From: Deltaproteobacteria bacterium
GTDB taxonomy: Bacteria; Myxococcota_A; Polyangia; Polyangiales; Houyiibacteriaceae
Length of the DNA stretch: 64,000 nt
NCBI GenBank assembly: GCA_034670305.1
Contig: JAXMNT010000009.1
Span: 140,953-204,952 of the forward strand
Direction: 5' to 3'
Shown here: positions 55,075 to 64,000 of the stretch, in pieces
How positions within the stretch are numbered: position 1 is the first letter of the stretch
How the letters are laid out: each line of letters begins with the position of its first letter
Notes under the pieces: model-generated
The model's database searches: none
Seen by the model: only the letters and a program-made list of their open reading frames with translations
Told to the model about the DNA's origin: nothing
Translations under genes and position numbers: made by a program

Positions 55075-57519
55075 CTACTCGATCGTTCCGCAGACCACGC
55101 CGGGCATCGTCGCTCGGTTGTTCTCTTCGAAGCATTCGCCGTTTTCGGCCAGATCGTCCGCCACGACCACCACGTCGGTGCCAGGTCGCATCGTCGGCGG
55201 GGTGTCCCAGACGCAGGACACCTCTTCGCAGTCCCCGGGGGAGAGGACGGTGGTGGTGGTGGCTCGGCAAATGAGGGTCTCTTCCGTGACGTCGACCTCG
55301 TAGAAGCCGACGCTCATGCCGGCGCCGATCGGCTCGGTGCCGCGGTTGCACACGCGGGTCTCGAGGGTCGCGGTTCCATCCACCGCGCAGCGCACCGGCG
55401 TCGTCCGGGCGGTTGCATCCGGTGCGTCGCCCGGTCGGCCCACGCCCTGCACGTTCGCTCGGAAGTTGTTGAGTCCCTCGGTGCTCCAGTTCAGCTCGGC
55501 GGCGGAGGTGCGGGGCACGGTGCCGTCTTCCGAGATGTTGGTCACGTGGTAGGCGTGCTGGTTCCAGATCGTGCGGGAGCCGACCCAGCGGTCGGCGGCA
55601 TCGGAGTACACCCGGATCCCGAGCGCGCCGCGCGGGTGGCTGGCACGACAGGTGTTGCCCGCGCCCGCGGTGCCGGCCGGCGGCGCAGCACACACGAAGC
55701 CCGACGCGAAGCAGTCTCCGCCCGGACAACATTCGGCGGTGTCCGTGCAACGGCAGAGGCCTTCGACACAAGAGCCGGAGATGCAGTCGATGCCTTCGCC
55801 GCAGCGCAGTCCCGCGTGCAAGGGATCGATGCCGCCGGGTTCGATGTGGGAACAGGGCACGCCCGCGGAGGCGGAGCCGCAGTTGAAGTTGTTGCCGATG
55901 ACGATCTCCGCGTTGAAGTCGCCGTCCACGTCTGCGACCACCGGGTTCTCGTACCAGGTACACGACGAGCGGAACTGGCTGAAGACGACGTCGCCGCTCG
56001 GGCCGTCGTACACGCGCAAGAAACACTCGTCGCCGTAGACCACTTCGGCACGTCCATCGCCTTCGAAGTCGAACACGCTCGACCCCGTGCGGTTGCTCGA
56101 GGCGTCCTGGCTGGTTTGGGACCAGAGCAGACCGTCGGTGCGCCCACTGGCACACGTGCCGATCGGTGTCGCGGTGCAGTCGAGATCGAAGACCGCGTAG
56201 CTCGTGGCGCCCGCGCTCGAGAGTTCCGGTCGGCCGTCGCCGTCGAAGTCCGCGATGGTCGGTGGCCCGCCGATGCCGCCGCCCGGAATCGCGACCGGCC
56301 CGAACACGATGGTGCCGTCGAGGGTCTGGACCCGCGCCGCGCCCGCGCTCACGACGACCACTTCGGGCGTCTCGGGCGGCCACGCCATGGCGCCGGGGTA
56401 GTCGCCGAAGTCGGCGATGGCGGTGTGACCGCCGGCCTGACCGGTGGTGAACGAGAGCACCCACTGGGAGAGGCCGGGATCCCATTCCCACACGTTGTCG
56501 CCCTGGATCTGCTCGACCCGCCCGTCTCCGTCGACATCGGCCACCACCGAGAAGACGCCTGTTCCGCCGCCGCCGGCCATGTTGCCGAGCGCTCCGTCGA
56601 GCAGCACGCCGTTGTTGTCGTAGACGATGCCGCTCCGCATCACCTCAGGGATGCCGTCGTCGTCCAGGTCGGCGACCGAGGGCCCGGCCCATCCGCTCCC
56701 GGTCGGGCTCGACGGGGCGCCACCGGCGGTGCTCCGCCACATCACCGTCCACGCACCGGCGGTCATGTCGAACGTGAAGGCGACCAGGCCACCGCCGGCC
56801 TGGAACGCGATGATCTCCGGTCGGCGGTCGCCGTTCAGGTCGGCGATCGCCGGCGGCGAGGAGTGACTGGTCAGCTGAAGCGAGCCGAGCTCGGCTTGTT
56901 GCACGCAGGTGCGCCCGTCGAGGATGCGGATGACGCCCGTCGGCAGCTCGCTGCTCCCGTCGACGCCATCGTCGAAGACCGCGACGATCGATGGCTGAGG
57001 CGCTCCGTCCGGATCGCGGCCTGCCGCGAGGTCGGCGACGAGCGGCGTGCTGAGTACGTGCAAGTGGGCGGGGAAGGGGTCGCCGGCTGGTGCCTCCACG
57101 AACTCGCACTGCACGGTGGGCTGGAACAGGCCGGCGACGATGACGCGGTTGCATTCGTCGTCGGACTCTCCGTCGTCGAAGGGAATGCAGCGGCCGTCCA
57201 CGCAGTGGCTGTCGTCGCTGCAATCGTCGTTGGTCGCGCAGGGGCCGAGGTCGTCGCGGCAGACGTCCGCGACACAGACTTCACCGGCGCCGCAGCACGC
57301 GGCGCCGCAGACGGTCTCGCACCCACCGGTGTCGACGCCGTCTGTGTCGATCGTCATCCGCGCGTCGGTGCTCGCGTCGGTCCCGATCCCCTCGCAGCGG
57401 CCGTCGGTGCACCGCTGACCGGCGGGACAATCGGCGCTCGTGGCGCACGCATCGCCGCTCCCGCCCCCGCAATCGCAGGCGACGAGACAACAGACGGCGA
57501 GGAATCCAAGAATGCGCAT
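55075..57519 (-). CDS. Lipoprotein with a Cys-rich N-terminus, FG-GAP/VCBS repeats and a CARDB-like C-terminus
   Basis: Lipobox LVAC; repeated ADLNGDRRPE, ADFDGDGRPE and FDFEGDGRAE; VCNRGT...ECFEENN. Confidence 0.85.
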   Translation of the reverse strand: MRILGFLAVCCLVACDCGGGSGDACATSADCPAGQRCTDGRCEGIGTDASTDARMTIDTDGVDTGGCETVCGAACCGAGEVCVADVCRDDLGPCATNDDCSDDSHCVDGRCIPFDDGESDDECNRVIVAGLFQPTVQCEFVEAPAGDPFPAHLHVLSTPLVADLAAGRDPDGAPQPSIVAVFDDGVDGSSELPTGVIRILDGRTCVQQAELGSLQLTSHSSPPAIADLNGDRRPEIIAFQAGGGLVAFTFDMTAGAWTVMWRSTAGGAPSSPTGSGWAGPSVADLDDDGIPEVMRSGIVYDNNGVLLDGALGNMAGGGGTGVFSVVADVDGDGRVEQIQGDNVWEWDPGLSQWVLSFTTGQAGGHTAIADFGDYPGAMAWPPETPEVVVVSAGAARVQTLDGTIVFGPVAIPGGGIGGPPTIADFDGDGRPELSSAGATSYAVFDLDCTATPIGTCASGRTDGLLWSQTSQDASSNRTGSSVFDFEGDGRAEVVYGDECFLRVYDGPSGDVVFSQFRSSCTWYENPVVADVDGDFNAEIVIGNNFNCGSASAGVPCSHIEPGGIDPLHAGLRCGEGIDCISGSCVEGLCRCTDTAECCPGGDCFASGFVCAAPPAGTAGAGNTCRASHPRGALGIRVYSDAADRWVGSRTIWNQHAYHVTNISEDGTVPRTSAAELNWSTEGLNNFRANVQGVGRPGDAPDATARTTPVRCAVDGTATLETRVCNRGTEPIGAGMSVGFYEVDVTEETLICRATTTTVLSPGDCEEVSCVWDTPPTMRPGTDVVVVADDLAENGECFEENNRATMPGVVCGTIE

Positions 57520-57604
57520 GGGGGCATTGTACCAAGCGCCGGGCCAGGGGCGATTCGATTGAAATGCGGGATGGGGTTCGTTCGTTGGGTACTCTGTGGA
57601 CTCC

Positions 57605-58360
57605 ATGTCCCTGCGCCCCCGCCCAAGCCTCGATGAACCGATCGTCTCGGAGTCGGACACGGGGCGACGTCCGTCCAAGAAACCGAAGAAAGACGCCCCC
57701 ACGCTCGGCCCACTTCGGGCGCTCGGGTGGCTCTTCGTCTTCGGACTGGTCGCCGTCGGCCTCCTGATCGGCGCGCTGCTCTACCGCATGATCGCACCCG
57801 ACCCGGCCGAAACGGTCCAGGTCATTCGGCCCACCCCCGACGTGATCGTGGCCGTCCGAGACCTCGCCCGGCTCGAGACCGCAGCGTTCCATGTGGAGCG
57901 GGTCATCGATCTGAAAGAGCGGCAGAGCGCCCTCTTCGGTCTCATCGAATCGGAAGATGCGATCTTGCTCGTCGCGGCCGCGGACGTCAGCGCTGGGGTC
58001 GACCTGACCCAGATGCGGGATGGCGACGTGGTGGTCTCGCCTGAAGAAGGCACCGCGGAGATCACGCTGCCGGCCCCGGAGATTTTCTATGCGGCGCTCG
58101 ACAACGAGCGCACGTACGTCCACACGCGCTCCACCGGCACCTTCGCCCGGCGCAACGACCAACTGGAGACCCGCGCCCGGCGCGAAGCCGAGCGGACGTT
58201 GAGAACGAGTGCGATCGAAGGCGGCATCCTCGACCGCGCCCGCAACAACGCCCAGACCGCGGTCCGCACGCTGGTCCGGTCTCTCGGCTACGACCACGTC
58301 ACCATCGTCTTCCAAGACGGCGAGTCCGCCATCCCCGCCCCCGAAGACAACCGCGAGTAG
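57605..58360 (+). CDS. DUF4230-like membrane-anchored protein
   Basis: Single TM helix; V.AGVDL, ITLPAPEI and GILDRARNNA...LVRSLGY motifs. Confidence 0.8.
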   Translation: MSLRPRPSLDEPIVSESDTGRRPSKKPKKDAPTLGPLRALGWLFVFGLVAVGLLIGALLYRMIAPDPAETVQVIRPTPDVIVAVRDLARLETAAFHVERVIDLKERQSALFGLIESEDAILLVAAADVSAGVDLTQMRDGDVVVSPEEGTAEITLPAPEIFYAALDNERTYVHTRSTGTFARRNDQLETRARREAERTLRTSAIEGGILDRARNNAQTAVRTLVRSLGYDHVTIVFQDGESAIPAPEDNRE

Positions 58361-58412
58361 AGGCGGCCTCCGGGCACTCGACAATCGTCGTTTGGGCCGT
58401 ACAAAGCTGCCC

Positions 58413-59510
58413 GTGCGTTTCTCTCCCCGCATTCGGTCCTCGAATCCCACCGGCGCCGCGATCCTGGGGCTGCTCGTCGCGCTCGGTTGCGGTGAAGCCG
58501 ACGCGGACGAAGGCGGCCACGGACGACCCCCGGCCCGCGTCGCGGTCGGCGAGGTCACGGCTGGGAGCGTGACGGTTCGCTGGACCTTCTTCGGCGAGGT
58601 CGAAGCGCTGGCTCGGGCCGAGCTCGCCGCGGGCGCGGATGGGACCGTGCGCCGCGTGCTCGTTCGGGAAGGCGACCGGGTCGAAGCGGGACAACTGCTG
58701 GTCGACGTCGACACCTCGGTCGTGCGGGCGCGCCTTCGGGCCGCGCAGCTCGACCGCGAAACCACCAACCGGGAACTCTCCCAGGCGCGTCGCGATGCAG
58801 AGCGCCTCGCGATGGCAGGCACCCGGCTCGTCTCGGAATCAGAGATCGAGCGGGCGCAGAACCGCGTCGACGTGCTCGACGCTCAGTCCACACGGCAGGG
58901 TGCGGGCGCGCGCGAGATCGCGGCCGCGCTTCAACGACACCGCGTGACGGCGCCCTTCGCCGGCGTGGTCGCCGACCGACGCGTCGATCCAGGCGACTAC
59001 GTCGCGCCGGGCACGCCCGCGCTGGTGCTCGTCGGCGACGACGCGGTGCAGATTCGGTGCGAGGTGCACCCCGACGCCGCGTCGTTCCTGGAGGTCGGCG
59101 CCGAGGCCACGTTGCGTCGAGGGGACGTCGAGCTGCCGGCCCGGATCGGCGGCATCGTGCGCGCCCTCGATCCGACAACCCGCACGGTGCGGATCCGGAT
59201 CGTGCCGGAAGGCAACACGCCGAGCTGGTTGGTGGCGGGGCAGACGGTGGACGTGGTCTTCGAAGTGCAGCGTTCCGAAGAAGGCGCGCTCGTGGTGCCG
59301 CTCGATGCGGTCGTGAGCGGTGCGGCCGGCGCCCGTCGGGTGGTTCGGGTGGTGGAGGGACAGGCCGCGCTCGTCGGAGTCGAAGTGCTGGCGGAGAGCG
59401 ACACGCAGGCACTCGTACGTCCCGCATCGCCGCTGTCCGCAGGAGACGCGGTCGTCACCCGGGGCAACGAACGGCTCCGCCCCGAGCAGCCGCTCGAGGT
59501 TCTCGAGTGA
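58413..59510 (+). CDS. RND efflux periplasmic adaptor (membrane fusion protein)
   Basis: Lipobox ALGC; VLVREGDRVEAGQLL, APFAGVV, DPTTRT and VVPLDAV motifs; start codon uncertain. Confidence 0.9.
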   Translation: MRFSPRIRSSNPTGAAILGLLVALGCGEADADEGGHGRPPARVAVGEVTAGSVTVRWTFFGEVEALARAELAAGADGTVRRVLVREGDRVEAGQLLVDVDTSVVRARLRAAQLDRETTNRELSQARRDAERLAMAGTRLVSESEIERAQNRVDVLDAQSTRQGAGAREIAAALQRHRVTAPFAGVVADRRVDPGDYVAPGTPALVLVGDDAVQIRCEVHPDAASFLEVGAEATLRRGDVELPARIGGIVRALDPTTRTVRIRIVPEGNTPSWLVAGQTVDVVFEVQRSEEGALVVPLDAVVSGAAGARRVVRVVEGQAALVGVEVLAESDTQALVRPASPLSAGDAVVTRGNERLRPEQPLEVLE

Positions 59511-59517
59511 GACCGAC

Positions 59518-62500
59518 GTGAGCGAACCGACCGACCCGCCGAGTTCGGACGAGGCGACCGAGCCGACAGAACCCAGCGACGCCACCCCCCAGGCCGCCCC
59601 GGTGCGTGCGCCGGTCCAGGGGTTGCTCGCGACGATGATCGCGCGGCCGGTCACCGTCATGGTCGGCGCGATCCTGGTCTCGCTGTTCGGTGCGCTCAGT
59701 GTGCTCGACCTGCCGATCCAGCTGACCCCCGACGTCAGCCGGCCCGTCATGAGCGTGTCGACCCGCTGGTTCGGCGCCGCGCCGACCGAAGTCGAGTCCG
59801 AGATCTTGGAGCCGCAAGAGGACGCGCTCGAGAACATCGACGGGCTCGTTGAGATGACCTCGACCGCCGCCGCGAACGGCGGCAGCGTGCGGCTCGAGTT
59901 CGAGGTCGGCACCGACATCGACGAAGCACTGGTCCGGGTCTCGAACCGCCTCGCGCAGATCGGTGCCTATCCGGAGTCCGCGGACGAGCCGGTGGTGGAG
60001 ACCTCCGATTCGTCCGGCCCGCCGCTCGCGGTGATCACCGTTCGTTCCCTCAACGGCGATTCGCCCGCGGCGTTTCGGACGTGGATGGAAGAAGAGATCC
60101 TGCCCGAGATCGAGCGGATCCCTGGGGTCGCGGGCATCCGCCACATCGGCGGCCGGGACACCGAGGTGCACGTCGACTTCGACGCGGGCGCGCTCGCCGC
60201 ACGCGGTCTCTCGGTGTCCACGCTCGCGGCGCGGGTTCGGACCGAGTTGCGCGACATCTCGGCCGGCGACGTCACCGTCGGCAAACGAAGTTTTCAGGTG
60301 CGCACACCGCTCGTGCCGCTCGACATCTCGGAGCTCGAACGCATCGTGCTCGGCGCCGGTCCGGACGGGACAGCGATCACCCTGGGCGACGTGGGCACCG
60401 TGCGCACCGGTCTGCGGGACGCGCGGGGCGTGGCGTTCTCGGACGACCGACCATCCATGGTCTTGCTGCTCACGCGCGAAGCCGGCACGAACGTACTCGA
60501 AGTGACCCGCGAAGTGCGGGCGCGGGTGGAGGCGCTGAACCTCGAGCGGTTCGCACCGGAGGGTCTCGAGATCGAGGTCATCAGCGACCAGACCCACTAC
60601 ATCCAGGGCGCGCTGGACCTGGTGCAGCAGAACCTCCTGCTCGGTGCGCTGCTGGCCATCTTCGCGCTCCTGATTTTCCTCCGCAGCCTCGGCGCGTCGA
60701 TCATCATCAGCGTGTCCATCCCCGTGTGCGTGTTCGGCACAGCGCTCGGCATGGCGCTGCTCGGTCGGTCGGTGAACGTCGTCTCGCTCGCGGGAGTGAC
60801 CTTCGCCATCGGCATGGTGCTCGACAACTCGATCGTGAGTCTCGAGAGCATCGACACGTGGCGGCGCCGGGTGGCGACCGCGTCGGAGGCGGCGCTTCAG
60901 GGCGTGCGGGACATCTGGGGCGCCGTGCTCGCGTCGACGGCCACCACCGCGGCGGTCTTTCTCCCGATCGTGGTCTGGGAGGGCGAGGTCGGTCAGCTCT
61001 TGCGCGACGTCGCGATCGCCATCGCCCTCGCTGTGTTCTTCTCACTGCTCGTCAGTGTGTGGGTGATCCCGAGCTTGGCCGCTCGGTTCCTGCCGCCGGT
61101 CAAGCCTCAGGTCGGCCCGCCGGGCACGTTGGTCGGCCTCGGCCTTCGCGCGCGTGCGTTCATCGGACGTCGGGTGCGGTGGTTGACGGCGCGGCTCTGG
61201 CGGTCGACCGCGATGGTCGCACTCGCGATCGGCGCTTCGGTGACGGTCGCGCTCCTGCTCTTGCCGCCGCTCGAATACCTGCCGCGCGGCAACCGGAACC
61301 TCGTGTTCGGCATCATCGTGCCGCCCCCCGGCTACGCCATCGCGGAGCTCGAACGCATGGGCGCGTCGGTCCAGGGGGAGATGGCCGAGGAGACCGGCGA
61401 AGGACGGGCGGTGGCGCGCAGCTTCTTCGTCGGCAGCGCGGACCGGATCTTTGCCGGCGCGGTCGCCGAGGACCCGGACGATGTCGATGCGGCACTCCAG
61501 CTGGTGCGCCGGGTCCAGTCGAAGATCCCCGGCGTCATCTCGTTCAGCAACCAGGCGAGCCTGTTCGGTGGTCTCGGCGGTGGCCGCTCGATCGAGATCG
61601 ACGTGAGTGGGCGGGACCTGACGGTCTTGACCGGACTGGCAGGGCGCATGATGGGGCTCGTGAGCGAAGTGCTGCCCGGCGCGCAGGTGCGCCCGATCCC
61701 CAGTCTGGATCCAGGCGCACCCGAACTTCACGTGCACCCGCGAAGAACGTCCGCCGCCATGCTCCGGGTGCCTGGCGACGAGCTCGGGCTCGCGGTCGAT
61801 GCGTTCGTCGATGGGGCGATCATCGGAGAGGTGGGTCCGGCGGGCGAACCCAAGGTCAACGTCGTGCTGCGCGGACATGCGCAGAATGGGGCGCACTACG
61901 GCACCCCGGCGCTCTTGCTGGCCGCGCCGATGGCGACCCCGAGTGGGCACGTGGTGCCGATGGCGACCCTCGCGGAAGTGGAAGAGCAGCTCGGGCCGAC
62001 GCAGATCCGGAGAATCGAGCGCCGCCGAGCGCTCACCCTTCAGGTCTCGCCGCCGGACGAGATCCCGCTCGAGGCCGCGATCGCAGCCATTCGCCGAGAT
62101 GTGGTGACGCCCCTCTCCGAGGACGGAGCGATCCCGAGCGACGTGCGGGTGGAGATGAGCGGTACCGCGGCCGACCTCGACATCGCGACCGGCAAGCTGC
62201 TCGAAGTGCTGGGTCTCGCGCTGCTGATCTCGTTCCTGTTGCTCGCGGCGCTCTTCGAAGACTTTCTCGCACCGGTGGCGGTCCTCGCGAGTGTGCCGCT
62301 GGCGGCCGCTGGCGGAGTCGGCGGATTGCTCGCCGTGGACGCGTGGGTGAGTCCGCAACCGCTCGATCTGATGACGGCTTTGGGTTTTCTGATACTGATC
62401 GGTGTCGTCGTGAACAACGCGATCCTGGTGGTCGACGGCGCGATCGGCCGGCTTCGCGAGGGACGTACGCTGCGGGACGCCGTGCCGGAAGCGGTCGAAG

Positions 62501-62709
62501 CCCGCGTGCGGCCCATCTTCATGACGACGGTGACTTCGCTCGCGGGTCTCTTGCCGATGCTGCTGTTTCCGGGGGCGGGCGCGGAGCTCTACCGGGGCGT
62601 CGGTGCGATCGTGCTCGGCGGGTTGGCGCTCTCGAGTGTGTTGACGCTCTTCGTCGTGCCGAGCTTGTTCACCATGCTGTGGAGCGCCCGCGCCCGCTTC
62701 GCGCGCTGA
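59518..62709 (+). CDS. RND efflux transporter permease (AcrB/AcrD/AcrF family)
   Basis: RPVTV, GMVLDNSIV, ASTATT, GVVVNNAIL and RVRPIFMTT motifs. Confidence 0.93.
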   Translation: MSEPTDPPSSDEATEPTEPSDATPQAAPVRAPVQGLLATMIARPVTVMVGAILVSLFGALSVLDLPIQLTPDVSRPVMSVSTRWFGAAPTEVESEILEPQEDALENIDGLVEMTSTAAANGGSVRLEFEVGTDIDEALVRVSNRLAQIGAYPESADEPVVETSDSSGPPLAVITVRSLNGDSPAAFRTWMEEEILPEIERIPGVAGIRHIGGRDTEVHVDFDAGALAARGLSVSTLAARVRTELRDISAGDVTVGKRSFQVRTPLVPLDISELERIVLGAGPDGTAITLGDVGTVRTGLRDARGVAFSDDRPSMVLLLTREAGTNVLEVTREVRARVEALNLERFAPEGLEIEVISDQTHYIQGALDLVQQNLLLGALLAIFALLIFLRSLGASIIISVSIPVCVFGTALGMALLGRSVNVVSLAGVTFAIGMVLDNSIVSLESIDTWRRRVATASEAALQGVRDIWGAVLASTATTAAVFLPIVVWEGEVGQLLRDVAIAIALAVFFSLLVSVWVIPSLAARFLPPVKPQVGPPGTLVGLGLRARAFIGRRVRWLTARLWRSTAMVALAIGASVTVALLLLPPLEYLPRGNRNLVFGIIVPPPGYAIAELERMGASVQGEMAEETGEGRAVARSFFVGSADRIFAGAVAEDPDDVDAALQLVRRVQSKIPGVISFSNQASLFGGLGGGRSIEIDVSGRDLTVLTGLAGRMMGLVSEVLPGAQVRPIPSLDPGAPELHVHPRRTSAAMLRVPGDELGLAVDAFVDGAIIGEVGPAGEPKVNVVLRGHAQNGAHYGTPALLLAAPMATPSGHVVPMATLAEVEEQLGPTQIRRIERRRALTLQVSPPDEIPLEAAIAAIRRDVVTPLSEDGAIPSDVRVEMSGTAADLDIATGKLLEVLGLALLISFLLLAALFEDFLAPVAVLASVPLAAAGGVGGLLAVDAWVSPQPLDLMTALGFLILIGVVVNNAILVVDGAIGRLREGRTLRDAVPEAVEARVRPIFMTTVTSLAGLLPMLLFPGAGAELYRGVGAIVLGGLALSSVLTLFVVPSLFTMLWSARARFAR

Positions 62710-62712
62710 ACG

Positions 62713-63651
62713 CTAGATCTGAGAGAGCACCAGCTGTGCCGCCTGTGCCGCCGTCCAGTAGCTCGCGGAGTTTCGGTAGGAGCGACCGGCCACGACGATG
62801 TCGTCGATGTGCCTTTGCCCCTGGAGCGCGGTCGAGAGGTAACGTTCGATCGTGGCCCGGACCTGGTGGCGCGGGCCACCGAGCGCAAACGGAAGACCCT
62901 CGACATGACCCGTGACCGTCGCGGCGGCCTGGCCCGCCGCGCGGGCGTTGAGTGCGCTCATCGCGCAAAGCGACTCGTTGCCCCAGTAGCCGGGGCCGTT
63001 GCGGTGGGCGGTGCCGAACACCGTGATGTCGTCGACATGGGTCAGCCGCACCGCGCTCACGAACTGGATGCACTGGGCGTAGATCTCATCGGGGGTTCGA
63101 CCGGTGAACACCGCGGGGGTGCGTTCGAACGAACCCTCGAAGCGCAACTGGTTCTGCGCACCGTAGCCGCCGTGTCCGCCGTGTCCGTGTCCGCCGTGTC
63201 CGTGTCCGCCGTGTCCGGGGTTCACGTGGCCAGCGGGGGGACGGTTTGGGATCCGCGCGGGGCGGCGCCGCATCTCGGTGGCGTGGAGCGCGACCTCGTC
63301 CCAGAGATCGAGCAGGTCTTCGTCGATGCGCTGGCTCCGATGCACCAGACGGCGGAGCCGGCGGTAGTCCTGTTCGAGGTGCGCCCGCGCACCGCGCCGA
63401 TGATGCACGAGGACCTGTTCGAGGTGCGCCGTCGCCTGCGCGACCGGGCCGCGGATGCCGTGCGCGAGGAGTGACTGGTGGAAGTCAGCCAATGCGTTCT
63501 GCAGCGCGTCGTTCGACCGAAGCGGTGGCGTCGCATGACGCACCACGGTCGTCGGCTGGCGAACCTGTCGACGCTGGCGCCGCTGGGCGTCGGCCTCGGA
63601 GGAGACGGAGAACGAGAGGGCGCAGAGCGCCGCGACGAGAGCAACCCGCAT
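62713..63651 (-). CDS. Secreted hypothetical protein with a His/Gly tract and two tandem C-terminal repeats
   Basis: Signal peptide MRVALV...ADA-Q; (GHGGH)n; HVDDITVFG..HRNGPGYW and HIDDIVVAG..YRNSASYW. Confidence 0.7.
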   Translation of the reverse strand: MRVALVAALCALSFSVSSEADAQRRQRRQVRQPTTVVRHATPPLRSNDALQNALADFHQSLLAHGIRGPVAQATAHLEQVLVHHRRGARAHLEQDYRRLRRLVHRSQRIDEDLLDLWDEVALHATEMRRRPARIPNRPPAGHVNPGHGGHGHGGHGHGGHGGYGAQNQLRFEGSFERTPAVFTGRTPDEIYAQCIQFVSAVRLTHVDDITVFGTAHRNGPGYWGNESLCAMSALNARAAGQAAATVTGHVEGLPFALGGPRHQVRATIERYLSTALQGQRHIDDIVVAGRSYRNSASYWTAAQAAQLVLSQI

Positions 63652-63877
63652 GGGAGGATCCTTGGTTGGCGTTGGAGATGAAACGGCGTCCGCTGATCTC
63701 CGACCCTGGATGCAGGGTTCGGGTCGTGGGGTGCGTGCGCAGTCACTCGTACCGACGGTCCACGGCGCGGTTCGCTTCACACGCCGGTCGGATTTCTGGG
63801 CGCGCCCACTTCCGGAAACCGGATCTCGAAGCACAGGACGGGGTGCGGATACAGCGGCCGCGGCAGCCGCGGCCGCT

Positions 63878-64000
63878 CTAGCAGGTCGCTGAAAAGCGAC
63901 CTGCTCCCTTGCCGTTGCCCTTGCCCGTGCCCTTGCCCGCGTCGTGGACGCCGTGTGTTTCGCGACGGCGAGGCGCGAATCGGAGCGCGATGCCCAGCGG
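63878..64000 (-). repeat. Dispersed REP/MITE-like element, copy 2 (runs off the window end)
   Basis: Reverse complement of 43825-43943 apart from a small indel and a substitution. Confidence 0.88.

Noticed and set aside
58413-62709. RND pump lacking a TolC gene and with DN/NN in place of the AcrB DD/K relay residues
   Set aside because: Both features are common in RND subfamilies, and the outer-membrane factor is often encoded elsewhere

Overview
A high-GC chromosomal window, most likely from a myxobacterium of the Polyangiales/Sandaracinaceae type. The evidence is a MYXO-CTERM protein, an FHA-DUF4388 protein, a eukaryote-like Ser/Thr kinase and many Cys-rich lipoproteins. It contains a partial complex I operon (nuoE-F-J-K-L-M-N) and the rpsB-tsf-pyrH-frr cluster, flanked by an EF-G paralog and an RlmI-like methyltransferase. 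It also holds a metallopeptidase/propeller/Omp85 fusion, cls, yacG, hisC, an RND pump and many secreted or outer-membrane proteins. No rRNA, tRNA, CRISPR array or transposase was recognised. The most notable observations are: (1) EF-Ts carries an extra ~86-aa N-terminal domain with an EF-hand-like motif; (2) a structured ~234-bp repeat occurs in tandem and also inside pyrH-frr, and shares motifs with two other REP/MITE-like repeats; (3) a coupled operon joins a secreted nuclease, a Ca-binding-repeat lipoprotein, a repeat-bearing porin, a lipoprotein and hisC; (4) NuoL has a ~290-aa C-terminal extension; (5) many gene starts fit a leaderless TAnnnT-N6-7-start pattern; (6) there is an EpmC-like protein, an apparently catalytically dead M29 peptidase and a stand-alone CCA-type HD domain. 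All calls come from reading motifs by eye; no database searches were run.
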